Shown: positions 1-14,899 of the stretch, one piece after another
How the letters are laid out: each line of letters starts with the position of its first letter
Numbering within the stretch: the first letter of the stretch is position 1
Origin: Lingula anatina
Lineage: Eukaryota; Animalia; Brachiopoda
Direction of reading: 5' to 3'
Assembly: GCA_051362555.1 (NCBI GenBank)
Contig: CM120640.1
Span: 65,574,788 to 65,638,787 of the forward strand
Length of the DNA stretch: 64,000 bases
The notes under the pieces: model-generated
Databases searched by the model: none
The model's input: only the letters and a program-made list of their open reading frames with translations
What the model was told of the DNA's origin: nothing
Translations under genes and position numbers: made by a program

Positions 1-256
1 TTCCTGTGTGTGTGTCTGTGTTGGAAGGGGGTGGGGGGTCTAACCTGTCAGTTAGAACTTTCCAAAAGGTCATAATGTACCAGTAAAGATATAAAAAAAA
101 TATCTGTCTGACCAATGAGCTACCGTACTATTTTTAGCACAAAATTGTGTTATTTTTCTTCCTTATTGGACCGATTTATACTGAAGAACTTTTCGAGTTA
201 CACAGAAAACATTGATTATTTTGTGTCAATAATTGAATTTTAATATTTACTTTCAG

Positions 257-2017
257 CATCGGACACCATTCAGGAGATAATTGATGTGTTGATTGAGAAG
301 AAGACAATTAAAAGGATTCATCTTCAGTTGTTGCTCCAGACCAGGATCCAGAAGCTAAGAGTAGATGTCCAAACAGGTGGACTTCAGACTTGCATTGTAC
401 AGTTAGTTGGATGGAGATGTAGGGTATGTGTATAAAATGTGGCTTCAAAGTACCAAATTCACGCCTTGGCACTCTAATTGACAATTTTGATATGTTGCAT
501 AGCATACAAAATTGTCAAAAGGAGTGATAACGCATGAATTTTTTGTTAGTTTCTTCATTGTTACATTTAGCCTTGAATAACACAAGAGAGGGCTGTTGCT
601 AATGTCCTAAATAAATATCTTAACACTTTTTGAATACTGTGTTTATTTTGTCAAAGAGAGCTGATTCATTCATGACATCCACAGTTTTTGATTAATGAAT
701 ATAGGTTAAAATGATTAGAGGTGGTTTTCACAATTCAAATTACCTAACGAACCACTTGTGATGAAGTTGTTTCAGTACAGTTAACTATTATTTAATGACA
801 TCAATTGGTCTTCCTTTCAGAAATTGACAAAGCTTGACATCAGCAGCTGCAGGCTTGTTCCAGCCAAGTCCCTGGCTGAGATGGTGTCAGGTATTCCTGA
901 CATAGTCTCCCTGAACCTGAACAATACTCAGAGCAATGACCAAGTGCTATGTAGGATAGCAGTCCACTGCAGGAGGCTAAGAGAACTGAATGTAGCATAC
1001 TGTAACATCAAAGATGCAGGTGCTCTAAGTTTATGTGGAGGGTCAACACCAGACACTGTTGATACAGGATGTCCAGAGTTGATAACATTAGACTTTGAGG
1101 GGACCAATATCTCCCAAAAAGCCCAAATTATAATACTGTCATCTTTACACCACCTCCACAACATAAAAGCCCCATCACTTTTTCAGGCTATACAGGAATT
1201 GGGCTGCAGCGATACAAGAGACCTAAGTAAGCTTAGGAGCTTAGATGTTGAGGCAACCGATGAGGATATTGCTGCAATCCACTTGCTATGCCCAGGATTA
1301 GCCAAGCTATATTTGACCTGTCTTAGGGTGAATAACCTAGAAGTCATCGCAGAACTGAGTCATCTTCAAAGCCTGACCCTTCTGGATGAAAACCAGTCTT
1401 TATCTTTCACCAAAGTTGTTTATCCTGTTTTGAAACTAGCAGGAGCAAGGTTAAAAAGTCTCATTCTTTTAGATGTGTTCCCAGTAAGCATTCCATTTAT
1501 AGGAAGTGTGTGTCCTCATCTTGGTCACTTTGGTTATTGCTTGTACAGACGCAGGGATGCCAGTTCTCTAGACTATCAGGTTGCTAATCTGAACATGGAC
1601 GCACATGTAGGTCAAAAGTATTTCCAACATTTAATGACATTAGAGGTTTCCTTGATTGGAAGGAGTGTGGGTTTAGATGGAATGCCAGGACCGGAGTATT
1701 TGACCAGGATAGATGTGAACTGTCTTCTCAGTCACTGCTTGGGTCTGAGGGACATAAACTTTAGAAAGGTTCAAGCTTTCAGTGATGAGGTCTTTTCAGA
1801 AGTATTCACTACCAATCGCTTTTTAACCACCAAGCAGTTTGCTCTAGATAAATGTCATGAAATATCAGACCTGTCCATAAGGTGCCTAGTAGAACAGGAG
1901 AGTGATCTTGAAGTGCTTAAACTGTGGAAGTGTAAGAAAGTGTTCAGAGCTCATTTCATGAACTATGAAGATTATGCACAGCGTAACCATCTAAACTTGA
2001 GAGTACAGTGGACCTGA
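257..2017 (+). CDS. Leucine-rich repeat protein (F-box/LRR, RNI/AMN1-like), 5'-partial; exons 257-423 and 821-2017
   Basis: The 397-aa ORF has cysteine-containing LRRs (LTKLDISSC, LRELNVAYC, LEVLKLWKC). Acceptor ttttcag precedes 821. The upstream exon 257-423 (cag| ... |gtatg) continues in frame. The start lies outside the window. Confidence 0.8.
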
Positions 2018-4194
2018 TGTGTCTCACATTAAGACCACATAGGTTGATTCCAGATATGACATTATAAGGATCAATATATGTGCTGTTTGAATGGACCAAT
2101 ATTATTGGCTTCTTAGCCAGGGGCTCTTTTAGGTGCAATTTATTCGTAGGCAGATGTGAAACTTGAAAATATTTTGAAATTTTTTACAGCCTTGAACAAA
2201 GTAAGCCTGTGGCAGTCTGTGCAATGTTAAAGGGATAACAACTCTTCATTTTGCCCAGAAAAGTGCCATAAAATAGATTTTCCTGGGGTAAATGACAGTT
2301 TTCCCTAACTAATACCAATGATTAATGAATCCGTCCTACATTGTGTTGATTGTTTTTTTTTTAGAGTTTCATTGTAATAATCTCTTAAGACTTAAAGATT
2401 TTGCACAGGGTAGCCATCTATGAAGGTCCATGAGGTCTGATGATGAGCACAGATATCAGAATAATTGCCATATTTTGGTGGTAAAATGGAATTTAGTTTA
2501 TTTCTTTGTGTTGTTTACAATGTATTTATTGTGGAATTTTGAATTTCATATGAAAAGTTGTTATCCTTTTAAACAAGATGTTAAGAAATGCTCTCGAAGA
2601 AATTGAAACATATTGCAGTCTTTTATGTGCAAATATGATACCATTAACAAATCACTGATGGTATTTTACCTAAGGGAAATAAATATAAACTTAAAAAGAT
2701 CAAAAACATATTAAAATTTATATTAAAAGTCATTTATTGATCTCTACATATTGTAGATAAAATTTATTTTAACCATTACAGACAGTGCCAATTGCCAAAG
2801 AAAATATATAAAATGCTATGAAAAGCAGTTCATTACTTTTATAATATAAGCTCCAAATACCCCAAATAAAGACAGTCATTATGAAGTTATATGAAGTATT
2901 GGTTTACATATTTAGAAACCCTTATACAGGTGCTTTTCATGAATGTTTAACAAATTGAGCTATTGAAGAAATCTGCAGCCTAAAATAACAATTTATTGTT
3001 TCATTGCATTTTTCCTGACTCTTGGATAATAAAAACTGAGGTATACCAATATAATTTCAGTATAGTCTATAGTATATCCTATCATACTAAGGATCCCAAA
3101 TTGGTGCTCTATTAAACCTACTGCCTAATGTGCATTTAGTTTGGTAACTATCTACAAGATGGTCTTCTTCCACAAACAATTCACAGCTCTGTCTGTCACT
3201 AAAATTGCCTTATTAAGAATCTTCTTGACATCTTGGAATAATGAGCCAGTCTATTCACAACATATAAAAATATGTTAATAAGAGTGCCAGTATTACACAG
3301 CAAATATACACACATATCTTGAATGTTCTTTGGAGTTTGAGTGTTGCAATATTAAGTGCTGAGGATTGGAACATTTGAGGCATTCATGTCACAATGGATG
3401 AGAAGTAACTTTTAGTTACGGTATATTAAACCAATTCATTTTTAATTTTCTGGAAATCAATTGCTTTTTAAAGACATCAATGAGAGAAGTAACATACAAT
3501 TGTAATATGAAAAAAGCTGCAAAGGATTTATCTGATAAATGCATTGTATAATGCAAAAGAATGTATGAAAGACCAAAATATTTTTTTAAATGATGAGCAA
3601 CTTTAAATTCTGTCACATCTAAAAAAGAGATGTTGAATGAAAATAATGTTTATATATATATCGATACCTTTCTCACTAGCAGTGGCACAGAAAGCTTATA
3701 TTTCTGATTATTTAAACATAACTGTCTTCATCATTCAGTATCATAGATATTTTAATATGCATGATTGTTCTAGTATTATCATCTCTGAGATAACACCCTT
3801 AATAATTAGCTATGCATATTTCCATCAGTTTTAGCAGAGACATTATTTGAAGATACATATCCGGGAGACAAGAATCAAACATTAGCATAAAAAATGTTGC
3901 CATGTTCAACTGACGTAATTTTGCCACCTGTCTCATATTGTGCTTTTTATCTAAGTTGACCATGATGAGTCTAAATTCCTGCATTGTCTGGCATGCACAT
4001 CAGTGTTAAAACTATTCACATGACATACCAACTGCTACTGTATTCCTGCCTTGCAGTAACCAAGACTATTATTGATACATCATGAGTTAAAAGCAATAGT
4101 CTATTACCTATGCAAGGTAAATCCAATAGATAAAAGTAAATAATGTTACTTTTCACTCATTTCATTATATGATATATTCACGTCACGTGTGCTA

Positions 4195-7100
4195 TTACGA
4201 TCTGTAGATTTTCACCACATCCACAATAGGTTGACGACATATGGGGCACAGAGAGCCCTGCTGGTTAACCACATCATAGGCACAGTTATAGCACATACAC
4301 ATGTGTCCACACTTATATAGTACACTGTCAACAGGGTTTTCATAACACACTGTACATTCATTGGGATTATAGTCATCATCCTCTGTTCTATCACGAGAAG
4401 AGTCAGTAGACATGGAGCGCTCAGGTAATGGCGGTGGATTGTGTGAGGGCATGTCCATGACCCCGTCGGCTACCTGCTGTGGCGTCGGTGGTGCTGGTGC
4501 CACTGATAAAGGAATCAAGGGTTCTGGGCTGAGAGGGGGCCTAATGGGGCGTCTTGGTTCCACATGGGGTGGGGTAGACATCTCAGCAGAGGCACTGGTG
4601 CTCCTCTGTGGAGGCAGTATTGGATTGCGGGGTGGTAACATAGGTGCAGAGTTCTCTCGTGGTAAGGCCACTGTAAGACCACTTGAACTGGATGAGCGTG
4701 AAGATCCACCAGCACTCTCTGAACGGACAGGCCTGGGGATGGTAGGCCCAGCAAGCCCTGGAATGGACACACAATATATGTAAAATGATTAACTGGTGAA
4801 TTTCATCAGAAAACTAACCTGTAAAAACATTCCATTTAATTGAATAATAAACTTTGTATGCACCTTGTCTAAAAAAGAAAGGATATTATATGACAAAATT
4901 TTACACACAAAATCTTTTAATTACTAAATAATTTCTAGTGATTGTTTTACTAAATGTAAAAGAAATTGATGGAAATTATTAGACATTACATTGAGATAAT
5001 AGTGTGTAAACTTGTAACAAACATTTTAAGTCAAGAAATAGGATAAAATTTGTGTTTAAACCTCATAAACTTACCCAACATTTTGATTTTCTGTGTATTG
5101 CCATAAACATCAAAGAAGGCCCACAGAGGCAGTGTCTTGTCCACATGCATCAAGACAGCAATGTGTCTGCCATTTCGGCCATAATAAACTTCACCTAGAA
5201 ACAAAAAATATTTATTTTCTTTATTAACTTACAATACACATTATAAATGTGAACCGTTTATAACATTCCACTAGACTTCAGTCTCTATTTGAAAGGGGCA
5301 GAGCATGTTTGTTGCAAGGGTATTACAATTACAAATTTACAATCCATCTAATAGTAACAAAAGAGTCAAAATATTTCAGATGGTCATTTCAGACTGTTAT
5401 GTACATAAGGTAGCAGCTGCACTAGGTAATTGGAGGTAAATGATTGTATAGATCATTATTAGTCTTGCATAACATGTCTACAGTATTTACACTCCAGATA
5501 CCTATGGTTCTTCAGCATGTACATTATCCATCAACATTTGAAATAGAAAAGATGGCTTTTGACAATCTGTCAAAAGGCTTTGTTTTGAATGAACTCGGAA
5601 AAAAGGGGGAGTAATTGCATAGATTAGTAAGGAAGTAAAGGTCCCAACAGACCCCATGACAGGGTCAGCTGATTTCACCTGGGACAAAAGCCTACAATTA
5701 TGTTTTTGCTGATAAAATCAACTTCTATTTCCTAAAACAATTTAGGAAATCTGCTGATAACAAATTTTAAGTAAAAATGATTTATTTTGGTCAATAAGAC
5801 ATGAAAAATGGTGGTCGTACCAAAAGGTACCATCAAAGCAGCCTGGATGCATTTAACTTCTTCAAATGAAAACACTGCCTGTAATGCCTGCTCATTAATA
5901 TACAGAACAGCAGTGATTGCGAAAGAGATTGAACACTTACCAGACATGTGGGCTGGAGCAAATTAAATTTTGTCAGCCCACACCTTTTTTTACCGGCCCA
6001 CAACAAAATAACCAAGCTGTATATTTTCACTTCATTTTTGATGAATATTATTGTCTGGCATTTTAAATTGTTGCTTTTTAATTTTCAGGCAAGATGTTAT
6101 AGGATGTTTAAAGGTTTAAGTTTAAACATCTTTCATTTTGGTTGCTTTCTGGCATTTAAGTTTTATCCTTTTTACATCTGGGTTGCCTATCTTAATTTCT
6201 AATCTTTTAACACAAGATCATGTATCCTTTGTAAATTTTATTCCAATTTTTGACTTAAATTAAAACATAAGTCATAGTGAAGTGGAGCTTCCAACTTTTG
6301 TAACGTTTTTTAGATTTTCACTCTTGGAAAAATGCTTGTCTGTTAGCTGGGATTGTCCTGGGTCAAAATTGGTCAGGCCATTTTGGCCCACTTGGTCAAA
6401 AAAAGTGTGTGAATTATTTAAAGAAAATTCATTGTATTTCAATATTTTTTTATATGATTAAAGTCAATGAAAAAAGGCTTAATGCTACTACTCTGAAGTC
6501 CTAAATAATTGTAGTGTGTGGAAAAATCTTCCAAAATAAACATACTGTCTGAAAAATTGTACAGTACTTAATGGAAAAATCTTCAGAATTGATAATTGCA
6601 CTATGCCAAATAATTGCACTACATGGAAAAGGTAGACAAATCCCATTTTTATTGTAAAATAAAGCTATTGCTCTCATAGCAGGCCCGTAGCCAGCAATTT
6701 TAAAAGGGGGGGAGGGTCTTTTTCCATAAAAACGCCATGTACCTAGATCTAATTTTACCAAGAGTGGACCTTTTGTCAGCATAAGAGGCGCTTCTTTCGA
6801 AACCCCTGAACCATCCCTGGCTACGGGCCAGAGTCTGAAAAGAATTTTTATTCAATATCTAAGACAAAAGTTAAGATGAATATACTGTAATGGACAGTTT
6901 TGCACCCTGACTGTGCCATTGCGGATTTTCCGCATGGAAAATGATGTTGTCCCTCATTTTGACATATAGCACCGCTAAAGGCGCAATATGACTTAAAATA
7001 TCCGTTAAAATTAGTTAAGAGCACCCATCTACAAAGCAAATGAATATTTCTCCTTTTCACTTATCGTTTACTCAACATGCAGTCCGACGGAAGCCATACT

Positions 7101-10100
7101 TGTTTACCCAGCACGTGTAGTTAGGTGTTCTCAGAGGTCCGCGCGTGGCCAGTCTAAGCAGTTTGAGCGGCCTGTTTTCAGAGTCTTGAGCAGTACGTTT
7201 TTCATTGACCTGTAGTTGTTTCAGTTTCGATACATTTTTTTGTGAAACGGGTCACATGTCAGCCCTCACACCATCGCTACGCACACTTCAAGCGACATCA
7301 TAATGTACGTAGACCTTAATTACAAACGCGCCAGTATGGCGCAAGTTAAAGTTTTACTTGCGAATAGTGCGTACTTAGAGCTTTACGATAAATTCAAATA
7401 TGAGGCGAGGTGTCTGTTAAAGAAACTGACTTTAGTCCGTCGGACATGTGGGCCGATGAGTTAAAAGGGTTTTCCAGCCCACAGAACTTTTGCCGGCATA
7501 TGGCCGTGGTCCGACGGCTTTTGCAATCACTGGAACAGGTACATGAAAACAGACCATATTGTGTGTTCAGTAGGGATAATTTGGGTAGGATAGCTGAGTA
7601 TACAGTTAAGTAAGTTAGCTTCTTACCTTCACTAGACATAGTAAAACTTAGTTCATCTCCCAGTTCTGCCAGACTGCAAACATCTTTATTCACAACCCAA
7701 TACTCTGGTCTATCAAGCAAGAGATCAGAGTCATCTGGAAGCTCACTTGGTGTCAATGCAGAGGGATCACAGGCTGTCAGTCCGAATGCTAACCCTCCTA
7801 CATATGTCCTGTCTATGCCAAGAATTTGTATAACAATTTTCTCCCCACACCGCAGAGGCTTTGAAGTAAACACATAAGCATTGCAATATTCATCTGAGGG
7901 TCGAAAAGCAAGAGATCTGTCACTTGACAAGCAGACATTTTTTCCTGACATTGTATGAAATGGAAGTGGTGTAAATCGCACATCCCTGTGGAAGCGTACA
8001 GGCGGGGGCGCTGCTGGTCTTGCAGGCTGTGGGGGAGGCAGCACATGCTGCTGCTGTTGCTGCCGCAGCACCAACTGGTTGTGATTCTGCTGGGCATGGA
8101 TAGGTTGTGGTGAGTGCTGAGCTGGGGGCGTCACATTGAGGTTGTTGAATGGTGGAACCAGGTCTGAGGAATACCTGCCCTCTGTCTGCATCATCTGCCT
8201 ACAGTCTGAAAACATGACACACACGGATTTTGAGATAATTCAATTAAAACACAGCTTTGATTTTACATAAACAAAGGAAAAATTTCTTTAAGAGACAAAT
8301 AGAGACAAGAAATGTGTATGACATGGTTGCATGTTGAAAGTATTTGTACTTTTTTGCATCTTAAGCTTTTCACACCTTACATCTGGCATAAAAATGTTCC
8401 TTTACATAAGTAAATACTCCAAAGTAAAATGAACACCAAGTCATCCACGACTGTATAAATATTTCATAGTTTTAAACTCACTGGCATGAAATGATCAGTA
8501 CACTGTTAGTATGCAGCTATTGGCTTAGATTTTGAAATACCAAACTTGGCATTAAGTTTTATATTGGCATGGCACATGCAGAATTTAAATTTAATAAACT
8601 ATAACAGTAAGGGCCTATCTTTTAGCATTTTAATTACATAGAAACAGTTCTAAAATTTAAACATGAGTAACACATAACAAAACAAAGCCTTTAATCTTGT
8701 AAACCAAGTATGTATATATGCAAACAGTGGATAGACTTTATAATTCTATCAGTAAACAGGACAGTTCAAGATTGAGCATATTTAAGCAAAGGTGCTCTTC
8801 TTTAGTTCAAGCATACAAAAAGCCTGTAGTGCCACGTCATGTGCTCTGCTGTTTGTGTGTGCTACATAAAAGCTGCTTTCCAAGGCAGACAACTGACTGC
8901 TTATATTGATTTTCTTCAAATAACCTCATTCTTTCTCATAACACAAATATGTGTCTCACACAAATATAAAAAACACAGGACATCAATCTATCCAAAATGC
9001 ACAGCAGGTTATTTTATATAGAGCAAAGTGTCATGTGATGAGCATGAAAAATAAGACATCGGTCTTATATTTTTTTTTTCTATTTGAATCATTGCATCAT
9101 AACGAGACCTCTCTTTTTAAAAAGACTATCTTGATAAACACTATGGTGCCAGCTTCACTTGATGTACACTGCTTGAACAATATACACACTCAGCTAGTTC
9201 ACACAATTACCTTTCTTTTTCTTGAATATGGGCATATTTTCATAACAACTAACTGTTCCCACTGTTGTCAAAGATTCATGTCACCACTTACACCAAAGCC
9301 AGGCAGATAATCATTGATTACTTCCCGATTCTGACAGTAATGCATTCATTAAAATCCAACAGGTCACCCATGGAGACACTTCTTCCACAGATGAGTCCAA
9401 AGGCACCAACATGCAAGTTGCTATCCTCCTTACTAATAATTGTGTCGTCATACACTGACTCAGACTGTAAATCAATTATTGTAATTTCAACAGAAATCAT
9501 TAGATCACTGTGTAATGCAAACAGCACAGTGTGCAGTGTAGCGCAGGTAAAAAGGTTCAGGTGAATAGGAATATGTGAGAGGTTTCGACAGCTGCGCAGC
9601 AGTAAGAGGATCAGACAGACTTCATGCAAATATGAAGCTTCATCAGTGTTTACAGGCTAAAAAGCTTAGGTACAAGTGAAAAGTTCAATGTGTTTATTAT
9701 AAATCTGGAAAGAAATGTTGACATGAAAAGGGTAATTATATCCAAAGACTGAACAAAAACTAACTGCAAATTTTATGTTGTGATAACATATTATACTGGT
9801 ATGGTTGACCCTTCAAAAAACTTGTCTGAGTTAAAAGGTTGTCTAGGGTAGTCATACAGGTGAATCACGTTCCACTCACCTGCTATGCCATGTGACATGG
9901 CTCCACAGACATGTTTATTTACTCTACCATGCAGCATAGTGTATGATCGCCAATGAACAGCACTCAAGTTGCCTAATATGTATCTTGAGCTACCTTCCAA
10001 TTGTGTGAACACTTGCATTCCACAAAAAGGGTGAAATCTTTTATGTGGCATTACAATATCAGATTGGATGTCCAAGTATATCCTCAAAATGCAATCCATA

Positions 10101-13100
10101 AGCTGGCAACTTTTGATATTCTCTATTGTATCCTTGCTTTTAAATTTGATTGCCTTCAACCTATTGTACACCTGTTACATGTACATGAATCATATGCACT
10201 ATCAGCAAAGAGTCATTAATAATCACTGATTAACTCTTAATTGCTATCAACAACTGCCTGGTCAGAAAATTATGCGCACAACTGAAATACCTGCTCCTCT
10301 CACCACCAGCCCTGTTTCTGTCTTACACAGGACATGAGACGAATCCTAACCCACTGTCTACCAGCATACAACACAGACGGCAATTTGTTAAGCAACTTTG
10401 CGTCACTGTCTTGGTATTCTTCTCCAGACATGTCATATATCAAGTGACTGCAGAATGGCACCTATTTGTAGTCCATATATAGCACTCTATCTCACTCTCC
10501 TCCAGTGACACTCTGCTGTCTTCTTCAGACCTCTACCCAGAGTGGCAAGACTGGACATTCTTACTACAACACCTATGACTACTGATATGGATCAAAATCC
10601 ACTGGTACAAAGATGAAATTCATATAAATAATGGATAATTTTTCTATCATAATAATAATACCAATTTTTATTTACACAACTCTAGTCATACTGGTAACTT
10701 TGAAATAGCCAAATTTTTAATACTCAAATGCCACTGCTCATTGTTTGACATCACAGACTGTGAAAAGCGTCCCACTGACAGTGTTCCTGACACTGTTCAT
10801 TTGCCAATTTATAGATCCGTATTTCATGTGACCTTTACTTTAAGATTCCATGCACCTAACATGTATCCTTGTACGTTGGAGTGCATATATATATTAAATT
10901 CTTTCCTTATTTTCCTACATGTACATAAATATGGAGATGGATGCAGAACTTGGGGTGTACAAAAATATCTGCACACTAATTTTTGTACAATTCATTTGCT
11001 ATCTGCTTCATTTTCACAGTGTGTTTGTCACACGCAATAATGAATTCTTGCCATCCATGAGGTTTTTGATTGCATGTTCTAATTTTTCAGACAATTACCC
11101 AAACTGACAAAAATTTACATTTATTCAAATTTTGAAAAATTACGTCCACAAACCAAAAGTGCAACCATGTAATAAAAATCAAAGTCAAATTGTTATCAGT
11201 GTGCACATGCAGCTTAGCTTTCTAGGTTAGCTTAGTGCTTAAATTATCATTTTCTGAAATTTCATCTTTTTGACAATTTATTTGGTAGCCTATTAAAACA
11301 AATCTCCCAATCACATGTTGTACAAAATCTGAATGTTTTTCCTTTTTTTCTTAAGCTGGAGTTACTTTCTCCCTAGCTGTCCCATTAGTTTAGCATTGAA
11401 ACTTTTTTATGTCAAAATAACCAATTAAAAAAAAAACAAAAAACAAGATATATATCAATAAAAAGTGGTGGCTAATTTCAGTTTTTCATTTTTTTCAGAT
11501 ATCAGGAAACATTGCCTGTTTCTGTAACTATTTGAACAAAAGGTACATCAGCTTGGTGCTGGGCCCTTGCTGGTTACCTGCAGAGCTGCATAGAGTACAC
11601 TATATACAGAAACATTGCTGGAATACCAAGAGTCCCACACTAACAATGTCTGGCACTTAATTAACAAAGGTGTTCACAGTTTTCTCGCTGCAGTAATATT
11701 TTCTCACACTTGTCACGGTCTCTACTGTGTCAAACTCCCATCACTGTCAGTAACGGCCTACATTATGTCAATTATTTTGACCTCCTGAGTATTCTTCTAC
11801 ATAACTCTTACATTATATATTATTACTGTATATCGTAAAGGCACATGACATGTGCTTACACAGCTCACAACTACATGAGTATTCAGTTAAAATATCAATC
11901 ATGCCAGATTGCTATATCTTTTATCACTGACAAAATGAACATGAATAAAATTGTAGGCATTTCTAGTTACTTGTCCTCTGTTGATATCCACTGAGGCAAA
12001 ACCAGTTTAAAATCACTGGTAGAGGAGGGAGATAAAATGATAGCTGCCTAGCCTAATTTTCGCAAATTGTTGGGAGAGAGTATGTTATTTTACTTATCTT
12101 ATACTGACAGATACAATTATTCTTCATGCTTCGACTAGCAAGGAGGCTTCCTGTAGGATTATAATTGAATCCTGCTAGATTTTCAGCCAGTGTACTCTTA
12201 CACAATGCTACTTTTGAAGAAAATGTGACATATTCAAAATTTGACTGGCACAAATATTACTGCGACCAAGCATCCTTGTACATTATCACAATAGTGCATT
12301 TATTTTCATAACAAAATTTCCTCAAGATAAAACAAGATAATTGAGGATGCACTCTACTCATGGAAATCAAGCTGTCAACCTATTGCATAATTATCATGGG
12401 TTTAACTATTGATAAACTAAAGCATCCAGACACTGATAAAACATCTATGTAGACAGCTGCTAGTCTGCCTGATTGTATCTACATAATAACAGCCAAATAC
12501 CATCAAAACTCACAAAAGACTATTACACATTTGCATGATTTGATAAGAGAACTCTTTGCTATGCTTTAGCTACTTTGTTTCCTTAAGTTTACTCTGCCAC
12601 TGTGAGGAATGTGTAAAAAGTCAAGTTTAAAAACCTGGCAGAAAACAGTCAAAAATAACCAAACATGATGATACCATTATCTTAGCAATAAGAGTATGAA
12701 CACTGTTCATAAATATCCAAATGACAAACTTTTATATCAGAAATTAAATATTTCATATCCAAAGTGGCTCAAGTGTTATATATGTTATAAATACACACAT
12801 TCATGTACCTTGTTTTATGATACATATATTGATTTATCATTTAAATTACCCTTTTGTTTCAATTATGGTTGAATACTAAAATGCATATTATATCTCTGCA
12901 CACATCAGTAATCTAAACAGCTCTATGTAAGTATATAATATCATCACTTGGGGAACCAACTTCACTCCAGTAAACAAATAAAAAAAATCCTTTCCAAACT
13001 TACCCAAAATCTCCACTGCTATGGTATTGCCATAAATGTCTATAATGCCCCATAATGGAACAGTTGTACTAACTCCACTGAAAAATACACCTTTTTCTTC

Positions 13101-14331
13101 TCCATTTATGCCAAACATGACATCTCCACTTCGAGTGACATAAAAATAAACAATATTGTTTGGTTCTCCATAGCGCTCACTCAGTGCCTTAGCCCAGTTT
13201 CCTGGCTTGTTAGACAGGTCTGGGCAGGCATATCTCGGGAGAGTGGTTCCATTTATAGTACTTGGGTCTCTACTAGTAAGACCAAACCTTAGCACTCCAC
13301 TCCAACTGGTTGATACTTCAGAAAATTTTAGATAAACTCTTTCTCCAATAGCTATGGGTCTGTTGGTAAAGCAAATTCCTTTGCAGTAGCTCTCTGCACG
13401 CCTGGCTATTCTCTTGTCAGGCGAGAGGATACAGTTTTCACTGTGAGTAGTATGGTAAAGAAGGGGTGCATTTCTTGGTCCATGACCACTGAATTCAGAG
13501 GGTCCTGAAAATATAACCAGCAGTCTATGTGAATATTGCACAAAATGTATGTATCAATTAGTATGTATGTATGCATGTATGATTAATTATTTTGTTGACA
13601 TTCTGAAGATATATAAAATAAAATTTAGTCTACAGCAATCATACAATCTCACCTTTTCACAGTCTTATAAAATGTGAATTGTATAATAAATAGTCTCTCA
13701 ATTAATTATCCAGATAGAATCTTTTATAAGATTTATTAAAAATCAATCTAGTGAACTTCAATGTGCACTTACTAGTAACTTTTAAACAACACTCTGAATT
13801 TCTTGAATACTTCCATCTTAACAAAAAAAAAAAAAAGACAAAATTCCGAAGGCAAAGAAATAGTTTGTTTCAAGACTAAATCCACAATTTTTTTTAACTA
13901 TAAAGGGGTCATTCAGAACATTTTTCAAAACTTGGCATTTTGAAAAAAAGCAGCAGTAATAACTTCATATTGTAAAAAGGGTGCTTACAAAGGTTATCTA
14001 CAAAAAAACATAAGAAGATTTAAGACAATTAACAACCTGTGAACTATTCAACACAAATTCCCTGCCCAACTCTTAGTTAAAGTATCATGCTTCTACAAGT
14101 TTTGACGCGAATCTTTAGTTTAAAGTCGAATTTCCAAGTGTTCTTTTAAAAAATTAAATAAAACCCTAAAACTTATGCACACCGAGTGGTGCGACCTCAT
14201 AGATAGGTGGCAACCTGCTGATGAGAATGAGATACAGATAATGCCGTGGCATTGCAGATTACTTGATCAAACCTACGGCTAAATCAAGATTGCACAGTAG
14301 TCTTACCTCTACTGGATCCCGAATTCCCCAT
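4195..14331 (-). CDS. neur: Neuralized E3 ubiquitin ligase (2 NHR domains + C-terminal RING); exons 14331-14307 (alternative first exon 15306-15249), 13504-13004, 8205-7627, 5194-5075, 4757-4195
   Basis: NHR1 (FTNRPIAIGE...WSGVLRFGLT...LWGIIDIYGNT), NHR2 (YVFTSKPLRCGE...RPEYWVV...LWAFFDVYGNT) and RING (CTVC...CGHMCMCYNC...CPICR). All introns are phase-1 GT-AG and keep the frame (~595 aa). Confidence 0.95.
5911..7532. mobile_element. Non-autonomous DNA transposon (hAT-like), ~1.6 kb, in a neuralized intron
   Basis: Terminal inverted repeats CAGTGATTGCGAAAG ... CTTTTGCAATCACTG. Subterminal TGTGGGCTGG/CAGCCCACA motifs occur at both ends. A 6-bp direct repeat GAACAG flanks both sides (5905-5910, 7533-7538). 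No transposase ORF. Confidence 0.75.
6680..6831. mobile_element. MITE (~150 bp) nested in the hAT-like element
   Basis: TIRs CAGGCCCGTAGCCAG ... CTGGCTACGGGCC. A related copy lies in inverted orientation at 16476-16633. Confidence 0.75.
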
Positions 14332-14899
14332 TACGTGCTTAAATTCACAAACTTAGTCCATCCAAAACAAAGTTTATGCAGAAGCTTTTACCATAATGCT
14401 TTGCTGCTTTGGGTTGGACATAGTATAGTCCAGTTAGGTCTTAGATAAATGCCCCCATTGTTCGTGTTCTGGAGTGATGGAATCTCAAAGCCGGAAGTGT
14501 TTGACCAACCAATATGGCTGAAGGGGCCGCTTGTAGCTTTATTTTATAATTAGCAATAATAAGTAACAACAGGTCTAAAGTTTGTTTGGAATTAAAGTTG
14601 AGTGCAATAAAGAAAGAAGCATATATATATATTAACAATAGCAGATGTCAAAACTTATTCATATTGATCGTTTTTTATTGAACGTTTTATAAAATCTTAA
14701 GCAGCGTACACATGGGGTTGACTGCATGACCGCCGACTCACAAGATATTTAGATGTAAAAAAGTTGTTTAAAATTATTCCGATGTTCATCGGCTAGGCGG
14801 TACTTTTTCGTTAGTTTTTCTATGTTTTTGCCACATGATAAAGCTGCTACACATACATGATACAGTAGTGCAGTGCCAGTGGTAGACTAGTGAAGAATC

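Noticed and set aside
9318-9629. 103-aa minus-strand ORF in the neuralized intron
   Set aside because: It has a non-ATG start, no recognisable domain and no convincing in-frame splice donor. It is better explained as regulatory or non-coding sequence.
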